A DNA stretch of 64,000 bases from Octopus sinensis (GCF_006345805.1 NC_042997.1:119908001-119972000), one strand, 5' to 3'; counted from the stretch's first letter, positions 26,000 through 39,149 are shown. Translations and numbers: made by a program. Notes: generated by a model from the letters alone, not told the origin.

Positions 26000-26871
26000 T
26001 ATATTTTAACGGTTTTTTAAAAATAAATTTCCAGCGTTCCCTTCATCTAATATCATGTAATAACATTCAGTTAAAATGTCCAGTTGCTGGGTTACGTTTC
26101 AGTCTTTTCCCCTGATTTGTTTACATATTTTCATTCCTTCTCGAATAATACCAATGTTTTCTCCGGAATATATTTCGGAAGTATAAAGATTTGAATAGCA
26201 ACAGCGTTTAATACCATTCACTTATGTAGCTATTTTAATCAAGAACATTTCGCCAAAACCTAGAATTTCTATCTGTATAAGTAGGCTGTTACATCGTTGG
26301 TACATGTGTGAAATTTTGCTAACCCGGTAACTGTTTATATAATTTTCCATGTTATTTGTAAACTTCGAAACTACACGCACACACAAATATATATGTATGT
26401 ATGTATGTATCTGTATCCACCTACTGACATATAAAGTATATCTCATTTGGGGAAAACCATGTATTTTCCGTAAATATTAATTAACCAATCCAATGTAAAT
26501 TTGTAAATTATCTTAATCACTAAACTTACCCCTTCTTACACTGCCCATAAACCCTCTTTCCTCATTATTATATTCAACTTATTATAAATAATCTTTACTT
26601 ATACTCGGTGAGCATGCAAAATCATTAGCCCGTGATGCGAATACGCTATACGGCATTTTGTCCGTTTTTAGGTCTGGGTTCAAATTCTGCTATAATTTGA
26701 GTATCTATTGAAATAATAAAACATGAAGCCCTAGGATCGATATCATCAACTAACACCCTGCTACTAAATTTCATGTATTGTTCCTGAAATTGGTACTAAT
26801 CTTGTGTATTAATAATTGTTTCTCACGTGGTCTATAAGAAATAAAATTTTCAACGAAATGCAGAAGTTTCG

Positions 26872-28053
26872 TTATTTCAAAACTTTTCTCGTTGCAATGG
26901 AGTGATTCATGCGTTCATTTAAATCGTTCCACAGTTTGTACATAATTTCGGTTTCAGGTAGATGGTGAATAATTCTCTTTCTTATGATGTCCTTCGAAAT
27001 CTCATGCAAAGAATCCTCCCTAACACCAAATATATAGGCCGAACCATAGTTGGTATGTTTTATACCTAATGCATTGACTAGCATACCAGTTACATAAACA
27101 TCATCGACCCAAAAACGCGGAACTTTTAACGAAATTTTGAGTAAACGGACAGGCATGTCAGGGCTCAAGATATAAGCAGATCCCGAGCAATAAACTTCAA
27201 AAGTTTTATTCGGATATTCTTCAGGTGAAACATACCACTTACTCTCTTTGTTTCTGAGGACTGGCATTCCTTCCCATACATTACACAATATAAATTTTTC
27301 CCGAGCGTATTCGTACTGTTGTAGATATCTCAAATGTTTTACCACTTGAAAAATGTCGACTAATATATCATCATCTGTTTTCATTATATATGAGATATTG
27401 TGGCAGTTTGTTGCAATCCAGCGCAACGCTGCCATTGCTTTGGAATTTAAGTTCCGATACGTATCGTTGAATTCAGTCTGTAATATGTCATTGTAACGGG
27501 CAGATTCTACTTTAACCATATCCATAACATGACGGTTGTTGACGACACCCATCACAAATAGTAACTTGGTTTTAAATTTACCCAACACTTTCTTGTCGCC
27601 CCATGTTTGCCGTATTGCCATTCGTCGCTTAGAGTTCTCTGGTGCTGCGTGAATATAAACAATCATAAAATCATCAGGTACACATAATAAAGGAGGCTTA
27701 ATTATGTGATGTGTGTAATAAGGCAGCTCTTTTTCTGGCAACAACGACCATGAGGAGCTGTTCCTAAGTGAATTTTGAACTTTCAGAACCTCATTTCCTT
27801 TTGATTGTAAACCACCATAGACTGTTAATGATAAAACATGTACTAATGAACTATCAGTTTCCTTCTTATGTATATTTTCATCAATCGTGATATTGTTATC
27901 TCTGGCATTATCCCTCATTTTACGCATTTCAATCTCTTGCCGTGAAATCTTAAGTCGTTCCTTCGTAGAATGTACGTGAAGAAGAAGGTAAATTGAAGAG
28001 ATGATTAGCAAGAGGAGAAGCATGCGGAATCTTCTGGATCGGCGCAGCAACAT
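26872..28053 (-). CDS. Beta-1,3-galactosyltransferase-like GT31 glycosyltransferase, type II membrane protein, 393 aa, paralog 1
   Basis: Intact single-exon ORF; N-terminal hydrophobic anchor; RRxAIRxTWG, LLFVMG, DILQxEFxDTYxNL, KTDDD (DxD), YCSGSAY, VDDVYVTG. Exact B3GALT/B3GNT orthology cannot be determined here. Confidence 0.92.
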   Translation of the reverse strand: MLLRRSRRFRMLLLLLIISSIYLLLHVHSTKERLKISRQEIEMRKMRDNARDNNITIDENIHKKETDSSLVHVLSLTVYGGLQSKGNEVLKVQNSLRNSSSWSLLPEKELPYYTHHIIKPPLLCVPDDFMIVYIHAAPENSKRRMAIRQTWGDKKVLGKFKTKLLFVMGVVNNRHVMDMVKVESARYNDILQTEFNDTYRNLNSKAMAALRWIATNCHNISYIMKTDDDILVDIFQVVKHLRYLQQYEYAREKFILCNVWEGMPVLRNKESKWYVSPEEYPNKTFEVYCSGSAYILSPDMPVRLLKISLKVPRFWVDDVYVTGMLVNALGIKHTNYGSAYIFGVREDSLHEISKDIIRKRIIHHLPETEIMYKLWNDLNERMNHSIATRKVLK

Positions 28054-28120
28054 TACTGCCGTATTTCATTATATGTAGAGCCTTTTGCTTTAGAAAATTC
28101 ACTTCAAATACCAATTTGAA

Positions 28121-28135
28121 CTGTAATAAGAAAAT
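28121..28135 (-). promoter_or_regulatory. Putative 3' splice acceptor 67 nt upstream of the paralog 1 ATG
   Basis: Minus strand reads TTTTCTTATTACAG; conserved at 43926 and 63795; implies an unlocated upstream non-coding exon. Confidence 0.5.
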
Positions 28136-28499
28136 GAAAAGAATTTTTAGTGAAACAAATCAAATTAATATTCGTGATTATAGGTATAAATACATATATG
28201 CTTATATATTCACATATATATGCATACACACATACATGCATACACACATACAGGTATACATATATATTTTTATAACTTGGTGCATGCTCGATGTCGCTCT
28301 CAACCACATTTTTACTTTCAAACAATATATATATGTGTATATATGTATGTGTATGTGTGTGTATATGTGTGCATGAAGATATGTATGCATACGTATGGTA
28401 CCAATGATAGAAAATGTATTCCATTCAAAGAGAGATACATACTACACTGCGGAAGAATTTCCATTTTTGTCTATTGATTTAAATTTAACAGCTAATTCG

Positions 28500-29760
28500 A
28501 GGTAATTCGTATGCGCATGCTCTCTCAGTTCCTGATTTTGTTTAAATACACATTGTATCGAGATCCCAGATTTCGACACTGCGACGACATCTGCGGCATT
28601 CATGTGAAATCCCTATTCCGCATGCCACTTGTAGAGGTAGATCAAGATATTTCAGAGAATGTTGTTATGATCTCTGAGACGTGTGACACTGATTTTGATC
28701 TGAGCGGGTTTGAAAATCAAAATGATCCGCAAAAGCCTAACTACGCAGTGTTGAATGATCTTCTAAAGGATCTAGATTTTCTAAAAAAGCTGCGGTAATT
28801 TTAGCTTCAAAATTTAGAGAGAAAAATGTGCTTAATTCAAACATATACATTACGTTTTATTGAAAAATTATTAAGAGTTAAATAAAAATCATCTTTGTTT
28901 GGTAGTATATATATATATATACACAGTAGGAGATATATTGAATAGTTTACAAATAATAGTTTCGTACAGAGGAGAGTTTCGTATATTGCGACAAAGTACC
29001 TGGTTTGTTACTGGAGATGGGGGTTGAGTCTTACGATACAAATGAGGGCATCTGTTTGTAAAGGAAAACAATTCTGAAGTGTGCATTACTGCATAATGGC
29101 AATCTATATGGCTCGTTACCGATTGGGTACTCAAAAAATATTAGAGAAAATTATTCACATACAGAGAAGTTTTTAAATCTTATTAAATATATGACCGGAT
29201 CGCATGTGTTCAATTAAAAATTGTTAGTTTTCTGCTCGGACAAAAGCAGTGTACATTAAATATCCCTGTTTCCTTTGCTTATGGGTCAGCGGAGCCAAGG
29301 AAGACTATTATTTCTAACAAATCTGACCAGCAGAAACATCGCTTACTCTCGTAGAAAGAAAAAAAGAGTACAATATGTAAAAGCTTTTGATACGATCGGC
29401 TTGTGTTTCAAATTCTTATGGTATCAAAGAAAGGTTGCGATTTTCCTAATGTCATGAATGAATGCGAACAAAATTCATGGAATTGATAGAAAACTTTAGA
29501 GGGAAATCAAAGGGCAGATAACTACAAAGTAATCATGAAAATAAACGAAATCACTTTTTAAATTACTACAGAGAGTTAGGGTGCAATATATTTTAGATAG
29601 TCTTCTTGACGAATTCCCAAGTAATATAAGCTCTGTAAATGACGGACAACTGGAAAGATTCCACCAAGATATGAGAATTGTGGAGTAACAGTATAAAGGA
29701 TACTGGGATTCCAGCATGATGGCTGATTACTGTTTCATTAGTATGTTTGGTTAGATTGCT
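28500..29760 (+). mobile_element. Degenerate DNA transposase, probably Chapaev-3-like (CMC superfamily)
   Basis: LNDLLKDLDF.KKAAVILASK, ALLHNGNLYGSLPIG, VSFLLGQ..YIKYPCFLCLW, ERFHQD, MMADYC; family assignment from memory. Confidence 0.65.
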
Positions 29761-30366
29761 TGATAAGTGAGCTGCCATCAACAATCACATGCGCTAGAAA
29801 GTTTTATGAAAGAAAATTTTCAGCAGAGTGAAAGCTGGATGCTGACATATTTTTCCACTTTGTATGAATATTTTATCCCGTTTCTGCTGTTCTATCCGCA
29901 TTTGTGCATTTGAAATATATTATTATCTTATTTTTAACTCACAATAAATACTTCAGCGCTTCAAAGGCGAACGTGCTTTCTATGTAATGTCCCAACAATG
30001 TTTTTTACCTCATCATACCTTCTATCATATAATTTTTATATATATTTTATGTATATTTTTTATATATTTTTTTATGTATTTTTATATAACTTTTTATGGC
30101 GAAAAATGCGAGTGAAGATGTGTACGTTTACATAGCGATGTAGTTACAACACAGTAATCTCCCTTTGTATAACGGTTTTTTTCATAGCGTTTTCAAATAG
30201 CCAGATAACCGAAGAGATGGCGTTGTGGATTCCCACTTCGGCATCTGAAACTCAAAGTTTTATCTTGACTATCGAGTAATGTAACATATTATTTTATAGA
30301 TAAATTTCCTCTATTTACATAATATTGAGGTCTCTCTCTTTCTTTTCTTATCTTACCGTTTTACCA

Positions 30367-30430
<64 letters not shown>

Positions 30431-30614
30431 CATTATTTACATAATTTACATTTGACGGATGTTTGTACTTATCTTGTCTCATGTTAACACAAATTTGCGA
30501 CTGATACGGCTGATATATCCTCGAGGCTTCGTCAGGTGTCTTGCGGAAATTTCGAACACTGGTTCTCATACATAATGTATTTTTCGATGTTATAACATAA
30601 TAATAATAATAATG

Positions 30615-30685
<71 letters not shown>

Positions 30686-30686
<1 letters not shown>

Positions 30687-31179
30687 GAAAAGGTCACAGA
30701 AAACGAGAAAGCAACCATACTCTGGGATATGCCGATACACACAGATAGAGAAATTAAGGCCAACAGACCAGATATAATTGTCAGAGATCATGAAGATAAA
30801 AAATGCTTTCTAATTGATGTATCAATACCGGCAGATGACAACGTGTCCCTAAAAGAAATGGAGAAACTCTCAAAATACAAAGACCTGGAAATAGAGGTAA
30901 CTAGAATGTGGAACCTGAAAACAGAAACAATTCCTATCATAGTAGGTGCAGTAGGCATGGTAAAAAAATATTCAGACAAATACATAACAAAAACACCAGG
31001 ACTTACAAACACATATAACATACAGAAAATTGCACTACTAGGCACTGCACACATCCTACGCAGAACACCTTCCATACAATAACCATCAGAGCATCACCAC
31101 AAATCACAGCACATACCCAAGGCACACAGAGCTGCGCTCGGTAGTGAAGTGAAAGCACGCTATAAAAATAAAACTACTG
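30686..31179 (+). mobile_element. R4/Dong family C 3' fragment within (AAT)n
   Basis: Near-identical to about 13072-13564. Confidence 0.9.
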
Positions 31180-31211
31180 AATAATAATAATAATAATATA
31201 ATAATATAATA

Positions 31212-31248
<37 letters not shown>

Positions 31249-31397
31249 TAATAATAATAATTTTAATAGAACTAGTAATTCGAAATTTTCCCAAGACCCC
31301 TGAATGCTGGAATGTATTTCAGGATAGGGATAAATATACTTTAAATGTAAAGAATGTAAACAATGTACCTAATTCCTCATCTCTTAAATATAGATCT

Positions 31398-31457
<60 letters not shown>

Positions 31458-31806
31458 ACCTTTTATATCCAAGACCGGAACATGCAGTTAAATTATGATA
31501 GAAACACTCAAATGCCAGCACATTCGAAATCAGGAAAAATATATATATATATAAACTCCAGCGTAGTTTAAAATAACAGTTCACAATATATAAATATCTG
31601 ATAACGGCAATTGACTTTACCCTCTAAACTACACATAAACTTAAGAACACAAAAATCTACTAACTTCTAAGGACAACAGTGTTAGCTAATTAAAATATAA
31701 AAGAATTAAAAACCAATATACAATCCCCTAAAACTAATATGGCTCACAATATCAGATAAATTTCAATGAAGCCTCTAAAGATATGTAAAAATTAAAATTT
31801 AAATTA

Positions 31807-31840
31807 CCCTAACACTAACCCTAACACTAACCCTAACCCT
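31807..31840. repeat. Short (CCCTAA)n-like repeat
   Basis: CCCTAA CACTAA CCCTAA CACTAA CCCTAA CCCT; copy at about 47635-47673. Confidence 0.7.
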
Positions 31841-32482
31841 TCTTCAATTGTCCCTGTTTCATCTACTCCACGTTCGAAGGTAAGGACAAGAAGCGACTTC
31901 TTTGAAACAGTCCTTCCCGCAAAGCAAATTGAATAATATTTGGGACTTTTTGCGAAGGGGTAAAAGTGGTAACAAGAACAGGAGAGTAAGAAAAAAAACA
32001 AGACGGTAAAAACAATAAAAGTAAAAACAGTAAAAGTCAGAACAAAGAGAATAACACTGTGTCAACTCCAGCATCGGGACCAACTTCAAGCGACTATTAA
32101 GGCACGCTAGAAAACACTGCTCCTCTAAAGGGAAATCTTACCTGTCATTGAGGTTTGTCAGACAAAGACAAGCAGTTGGCCACTCTAGAAAGCACACAGT
32201 AAATGCTCCACAAGCATCCAAACAGAATCAGTCCTCAATTCCTTTCATATGGTAAAACGTTTTCAAGGCACCAGCACGCCAGAAGAAACACATTCGTGTC
32301 CATAGAACATGAATAAGGCTTTATTTTACCTAACCCTCATTTGTCTTTCACGAGATGAGAATCCATCATATATATATATATACATTTCAGCATTTCAGCA
32401 TGTGTACCTCGTAAACACCTGTCGCGTTTTTTTTCCCTCTTTCGCCCACATCGGGACCTTTCTTCTTTCTTCCTTCTCTTAT

Positions 32483-32517
32483 GTTTCCGCCGAAGAGCAC
32501 CGCTCGAAACGTCATAC
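32483..32517 (+). ncRNA. Degenerate minimal hammerhead motif
   Basis: CCGCCGA (two changes from CTGACGA), A, GAGC-ACC-GCTC, GAAA, CGT, C; stem I GTTT/ATAC has one mismatch; probably inactive. Confidence 0.4.
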
Positions 32518-32612
32518 CTTCCTTCTTCCATTTTCCTGAGCGCCTAATAATAATAATACTGTAATTGTTTCACGTGTTGTGTTTTTTTCTGTTTTCCCGT
32601 TTGGATTAACCT

Positions 32613-32644
<32 letters not shown>

Positions 32645-32711
32645 ATAAAGTTAATCCAAACAAGAAAATACAAAAAAGAGAAAAAAACACAGCAACGCAG
32701 GACGTGGAACA

Positions 32712-32762
<51 letters not shown>

Positions 32763-32906
32763 CGTGATATATAAATATATACATATATACATACATATAT
32801 GTACATACATACATGTATGTTATTATTAAGTAGGTATGTATATATATGTATGTATATAAGCATATATTTATATATTATATGATCGAACGCCACGCATCCT
32901 TTTCCA

Positions 32907-32993
<87 letters not shown>

Positions 32994-33040
32994 ATGTGTG
33001 AGTGTGTGTGTGCGTGTGTGTATATGTTTGTCTCTATGTA

Positions 33041-33076
<36 letters not shown>

Positions 33077-33414
33077 TATATATGCAAAGATATATATCGA
33101 CCTGTACATTACATTTACAAAGAAACGTATCATCGCAGGCAGGCATTGGCGTTGAGATTCATTAGAGAGAGATAAAATTAGAAACTGAATCGATGAACTA
33201 GAGGAAGGCGGGATTTTAGCATACAAGTAGATGTTGAGTGACCAGAACTAGGCATTAAATAGATCTGATTTACATTTATTTTTTCTTAATAAGTAATTAT
33301 TGTAACTCTCCATTGTCAGCAATTTTAATTATTCTTCCGGTTTAATGACTCCGACAAACCTTTGATTCAAAACATCGTAAGTTCCCAACAGTGTCTGATC
33401 ATGTGTGTGTGTGT

Positions 33415-33450
<36 letters not shown>

Positions 33451-34556
33451 AATGTTCAAAATGAACACACGAGTTGATATATATGGAAAAATGTCAAGAT
33501 AGAAAATACTAACATAATTTTGTAAAACATTTCAGTACCGGTTTCAGTCATTGAGACCTTTTTAACTGTAAGTATGGAAAACAAATAAATTTTATAATAC
33601 AGAATTAAAATGTTGATGACCTACAATATATTTTTCCCATGTTTATAATTCAATACAGTATTCTACTGTATTAGCATTCCTGTTACATCATTTGTTACGT
33701 ATACTATTACAGATTTTCTATAGAAACCATAGCCAACGCAGATTTTGTTACGACCAACCATATCAGGGCTTTCGTACACGACTCGTAGCAACAAAGTCGG
33801 TGTTGGCTGAAGAAAATATGTGAAAATACGTTAACAAACAATAAAAGAAAACCTCTATTAATAATGGTCACAAACAAATAAAACTGCTTGAGTTTCATAC
33901 ACAACGTTCATATATATAATATTATACATGTATATAAACTTTTCAGATGATGAAAATATCTTATAAAAAGGAAATAACATTGGGGATAATAATGATAAAT
34001 ATCATAAAGAGTGACTTACATTTGAAAAAGAAATTCAAGCATTGGCATTGCGGATCACAAATTTCCTGTTGAAGTTCATTCTGCTATATTTTGCTACGTT
34101 TTATTTTGTGGGGCTGTTTATTTTTCACGGATAGAGATGAATGAAGAAGTGCATTCCCCAATAACGAAATCTAAATAACTTGATATAGGCTGGTGTTATT
34201 GTGATCGGAACAATACAAGCTGAATAATATTCATAGAAAGATTTATGTGCGGCAAAACCCGTAACTTGCTCTCTGTTTAATATGTGCGTAAATGTAGAGA
34301 TCGCTTTCTTGAACACCCAACATACTGTCTGAAATATTCGCTATAACACATCACCTTATAAATATAACCAGCTGTTTCGCCAATAAAATTTTCGTTTTAT
34401 GTAATATTTCATAATAAGTTTAAAAATTGGAGCAAATATATAAAAGAAAAATAAACAAAATCTGTTACCCATGTTTAAATGCTTTAACTGACCAATGAAA
34501 CAATTATGTGATAATTGTAAACGTGGTAGGAAATTTTATAAAAGGCACCCGTTTAC

Positions 34557-34690
34557 AATTTGTAAGCAAAACATTATTATTTATCCTCCACGATGCTGTG
34601 TGGTAAGACGCTTGCTTCTCAAACGCATGATTCGAGGTTCAATCCCATTTCGTAGCACCTTTGGCAAGCGTTTTCTACTGAAAGAAGCCT
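34557..34690 (+). mobile_element. tRNA-derived SINE remnant (18241 family, internally deleted); copy at about 54552-54650
   Basis: GCTGTGTGGTAAG...GGTTCAATCCC...GCACCTTTGGCAAG...CTGAAAGAAGCC. Confidence 0.6.
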
Positions 34691-34703
34691 GCCATATATA
34701 TAG

Positions 34704-34751
<48 letters not shown>

Positions 34752-34777
34752 GTGTGTGTTTTTCCCTCTCTTGCGCC

Positions 34778-35290
34778 ATAACGTGCTTTCACTTCACTAC
34801 CGAGGGTAGATCTGTGTGCCTCGGGTATGGGCTGTGATTTGTTGTGATGCTCTGATGTTTACTGTATTGAAAGTGTTCTGCCTAGGATGTGTGCAGTTCC
34901 TAGTAGTGCAATTTTCTGTATGTTATATGTGTTTGTAAGTCCTGGTGTTTTTGTTATGTATTTGTCTGAATATTTTTTAACATGCCTAATGCACCTACTA
35001 TGATAGAGATTGTTTCTGCTTTTAGATTCCACATTCTAGTTACCTCTATTTCCAGGTCTTTGTATTTTGAGAGTTTCTCCATTTCTTTTAGAGGCACGTT
35101 GTAATCTGCTGGTATTGATACATTTGATACATCAATTAGAAAGCATTTTTTTCTTCATGATCTCTGACAACTATATCTGGTCTGTTGGCTTTAATTTCTC
35201 TATCTGTGCGTATCGCCATATCCCAGAGTATGGTTGCTTTCTCGTTTTTTCTGAGCTTTTCTGGTGTGTGCCTATACCATCTTTTTTCTG

Positions 35291-35293
<3 letters not shown>
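34778..35293 (-). mobile_element. R4/Dong family C 3' fragment on the minus strand
   Basis: Reverse complement matches about 13050-13545; adjoins (TTA)n at 35294-35370. Confidence 0.85.
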
Positions 35294-35370
<77 letters not shown>

Positions 35371-35371
<1 letters not shown>

Positions 35372-35830
35372 GTTATTCTGAGAGACTCTCGGATAGTTCT
35401 TAATTACCGGTTATTCTTTACGTGAAAGCATGAATGACAAATCACCAAATGTTTCAAGTCGTGTCTTCTCCTGTGACTGAAACAGACAATACACTCCTTA
35501 GAATGCGAACTATACCGAACGTTACCGTCTTCTTGATCACTTCGAGCCTGATAGCAACTTCAATATTCTTAATTTTTTATCAAAGCCCTTAGAAACTGCT
35601 CTGAATTCTCCAATTACCACTTGTATGACCATTATTTTTCATCATGCTCCATAACTTCCTATCTAATTCCGCAGAGGCTGGTATTACTCAATCGTTTCTG
35701 TTTTCTTGCATTTCACCCACGAAACGGCTGGTATTGTAAAATCCATTATCTTTTATTCTTATTCATCTTTTTGGATGAGCACGATATCTGGTCGTGTCGC
35801 ACTGCATGTTAAAATCCCAGAGTATTTTGC
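35371..35830 (-). mobile_element. Degenerate R4/Dong 3' fragment of another family
   Basis: Minus strand RPDIVL...IMDFTIPA...VIQVVIG resembles RLE; its 3' end joins (TAA)n on the minus strand. Confidence 0.55.
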
Positions 35831-36337
35831 AATGTTTGTTTTTCGTTACTCCCTCTGGTTTTGTTCGTAGCATTTTTCGGCTCCCCGAGCTTTGCTTTAC
35901 CACACAACAGCCAGGAGACATAAAACCACACTAAAACTACAACCACGTCATCAACTATATCAGCAACAGCATCAGAAATCTCCCAAATAACCAGAAACAT
36001 TTTAACACAAAACACCTCCCCAAGATATAACCGTCCCCTCTTCGGATACTTCAGGCATGTCTATTAATGAAGGGGGCTGTGAGAAGCTTCAATGACACAC
36101 GGTTTTCGGGGCCAAGAAATGTGGAACAAAAACACCTCAACGCCAACAAGAATAACCGGCAGATACGAACACAAGAATGATATAACTTAGAGCAACAACG
36201 CACAAATATTACCCCAACAACAGCTACATTAACATTGAACTTTGGAAATAAGGAGCACGAGTTGGTATAGACGATGCTGAGCTGTGAAGTTTGAGGGACG
36301 GGAATTAGGGAACAAGAGAATGAGGGGTATCAGAGAA

Positions 36338-36573
36338 GGCGGCGAGCTGGCAGAAACGTTAGCACGCCGGGCGAAATGCTTAGCAGTATTTCGTCTGCCG
36401 TTACGTTCTGAGTTAATATTCCGCCGAGGTCGACTTTGCCTTTCATCCTTTCGGGGTCGATTAAATAAGTACCAGTTACGCACTGGGGTCGATATAATCG
36501 ACTTAATCCGTATGTCCGTCCTTGTTTGTCCTCTCTGTGTTTAGCCCCTTGTGGGTAGTAAAGAAATAGGTAT
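36338..36573 (+). mobile_element. tRNA-derived SINE; copy at 56217-56452
   Basis: A-box-like GAGCTGGCAGAAACGTTAGC, B-box-like GAGTTAATATTCC, body GGTCGACTTTGCCTTTCATCC. Confidence 0.8.
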
Positions 36574-36879
36574 CGTTGTCGGGGGTATCTACTTTACTTC
36601 GATTCGCCCTCGATTCACTTTCCCTGTCAGCTCTACAGCATGCGACCAGAGGTAGGACTTGATTATTTGTCCATCTTGGATGCGTAAATCCTTCTCTCCC
36701 ATCTGTTTTCTCATCTTCAGTTTCGATATCATGTTTCTCCGACGAATTATCTCTCTCAGAGTGAGTATTCCTCTCGAAACTCCCAGGCATGCTTCTGAGC
36801 TCTGTTCAGGAAGGTTGAAGCCTCCTGATCAGAAGAAAAGATTACTCTTCAAAATGAAGAAGAGGCAGAACGGTTACAA

Positions 36880-37700
36880 ACCTGGCGGGAAAGTTATGAC
36901 CACAAAAATTTCAGACAAGGGGTTCCCATTTCACCTGAATTATTCACATCTCTATGAGAAAAGGTTGTTACAAACTTATAGTTGTCAGATAAACGAATAA
37001 ACAAAACGGATGCGTGTTAGATGATCTCAAATTGACTAATGTTATTCTAAACATTTCCAGGAGCATTAAAGTATCAATAGAAATACTCAGGGTAATAAAA
37101 GAAGTAAGCAAACTATGTAGACTCAGAACTAGTATTATCCAAACGAAGCTAATCTCCAATCATCTAATCGCAGTCGGAAATGTGATAGATGATGCAATAC
37201 ATCATTATAGCAACTAATACACCTATCTTCGAACTATAGTCTGCTTGAAGGAGAAAAATCGAACCAAAGACTTTGAACGACAGATAGAGTTTGTATGGGC
37301 AGACTTTGGTAAATCGAATCACGTAACGAACAATGATTTGATCATGTGTTTCAAAAAGAAAGATTTTCAACTTGTGTGTGCTGCTTACCATTACGTATTC
37401 ATCATAAGCATGGACTACAAAGAACAATATTGAAAATTAATTAAGAGCAGTGCAAAGAGCAATGGAGTGGAGAATGGCGAAGATTAACAAAACTGATGAG
37501 TGGAGAGACAGCATAAAAATAAGTGTGGTAACACGTTGATCGGTATTCTCTGAAATAGATTTTCATGGGACATGTGCTTAGAATAAAGGAGGAAAATGGA
37601 ATGGCAAATATACAGACTGGATCATACATCGTAGAAAAGGAGAGGGAAAGACCATGTAGATGTTGAAATGAAAACGTTTTTAAATTATTCGCACCCAAAT
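36880..37700 (+). mobile_element. Degenerate RTE-clade LINE RT fragment; copy at about 56760-57580
   Basis: FRQGVPISPELFT, INKNGCVLDDLKL, YTYL, RQIEFVWADFGK resemble RTE motifs VRQGDTISPKLFT, INGEYLSHLRFADD, RRIRLGWAAFGK. Confidence 0.6.
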
Positions 37701-38301
37701 TTGAATAAGAAAATCACATCAGGCCGTGTTTGGTGGAGACACCATAGTACAGCATTCGTCCAGGAGTGGACCGAAATATGTGCAAATATGATAACAGACA
37801 AAATATAAATAAAATCTTCCAAATTAGGGAGTGAATTATTCTGTGCAAGTCTTTCTTCCTCCCCTTTTTCCTTGTCATTAGTTTAATATTTTTAGATTTT
37901 ATTTTCTCTATTTGTATCAGAGTTTCTGTAGTCTGTAATGTCTTATCAGCTTTACACACACATTTGAATTGTTTAAATATATATAATAATAACAAATAAA
38001 TCCGTTCTCGAATTATTTTTATCTCATTAGAATCACTTGTGAACAGCGTATCTAGAAATCCGCTTCACATACACTGATGTTGCTACAACAGCTAAAAATA
38101 GAAAAACAATAGGAACAAGAGCCTAAAAATAGCGCTGAACTCATTGACACCGGCACTATACATCCCACAACTAGTAGTGGAGTACAAGCCCCCACACAAC
38201 GCACAAAGCACGTTCATTTCCATGGTAGCTGAACTGATTTACTCATCATCTCTAGTATAGTTATCGCGATTGTTACACTGATTATCATGATCATTCCTAT
38301 T

Positions 38302-38302
<1 letters not shown>

Positions 38303-38355
<53 letters not shown>

Positions 38356-38508
38356 AACTACTACTACTACTACATCTGCTACTGCTGCTGCTGCTGCTAC
38401 TGCTGCTGCAACTACAACTACTACTAGTAGTAGTAATAGTAGTAGTAATGCGGCTACTGTTACTACTACTACCACACCACCACCACCACCACCACCACCA
38501 CCACCACC

Positions 38509-38552
<44 letters not shown>
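38303..38552. repeat. Compound (TAC)n-(TGC)n-(CAC)n microsatellite; variant copy at about 58180-58420
   Basis: Direct inspection; source of poly-V/S/H/P ORFs. Confidence 0.9.
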
Positions 38553-39149
38553 CATCACACCAAACCACAAACAGTACAAAACCAACAACCACTTCCTGTA
38601 AGGCGAAATACACTTTGTTCCTTCACTTTCTCATTGCAGCAATACCGCTATTAACATCATCTCCACCTTATAGTAGACACCATGACATCATCATCAATTC
38701 ACAATTTACTCATTCCCACGAAAACAACTCAACCCAAATCATTTAACTCTCGCATCTGAAAAGTTTCCAGGAAGATTTGCTCTGCATCCAGACTTGGGGT
38801 TAAAGTGAAGCTTAGGAATATGCCGCTTTACTTCGCGCAAAACAACTATAACTGCAACGTAAATGTACATTCACGACTTTCCGATATGGACACATAAATA
38901 TACCCTACCTTTAGTATTAAATACTAAAACCTATATGAAACGCTACACATAGATTTTAAAAAATGGAATATGTGAAACTAGCTCACTTCTCTCTCATTGC
39001 ACATGAACTCTAAATTTTACTAAACAAGTGTGTTCCGCTCTACACACGTCAAGAATCACGAACACATCTTGAGGTGGGGTAAAACATAACAATTGCGAGC
39101 TATTTCGTCGGTGCAATCTCATTAAGGGGGCCTTCCGACAGGGGTTACA

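Noticed and set aside
28511-28798. 95-aa ORF as a host gene or antisense partner of paralog 1
   Set aside because: It is part of the degenerate Chapaev-like transposase and is frameshifted in the duplicate.
31807-31840. Interstitial telomere or chromosome fusion site
   Set aside because: Only about five degenerate hexamers; such runs are common inside repeats and there is no head-to-head arrangement.
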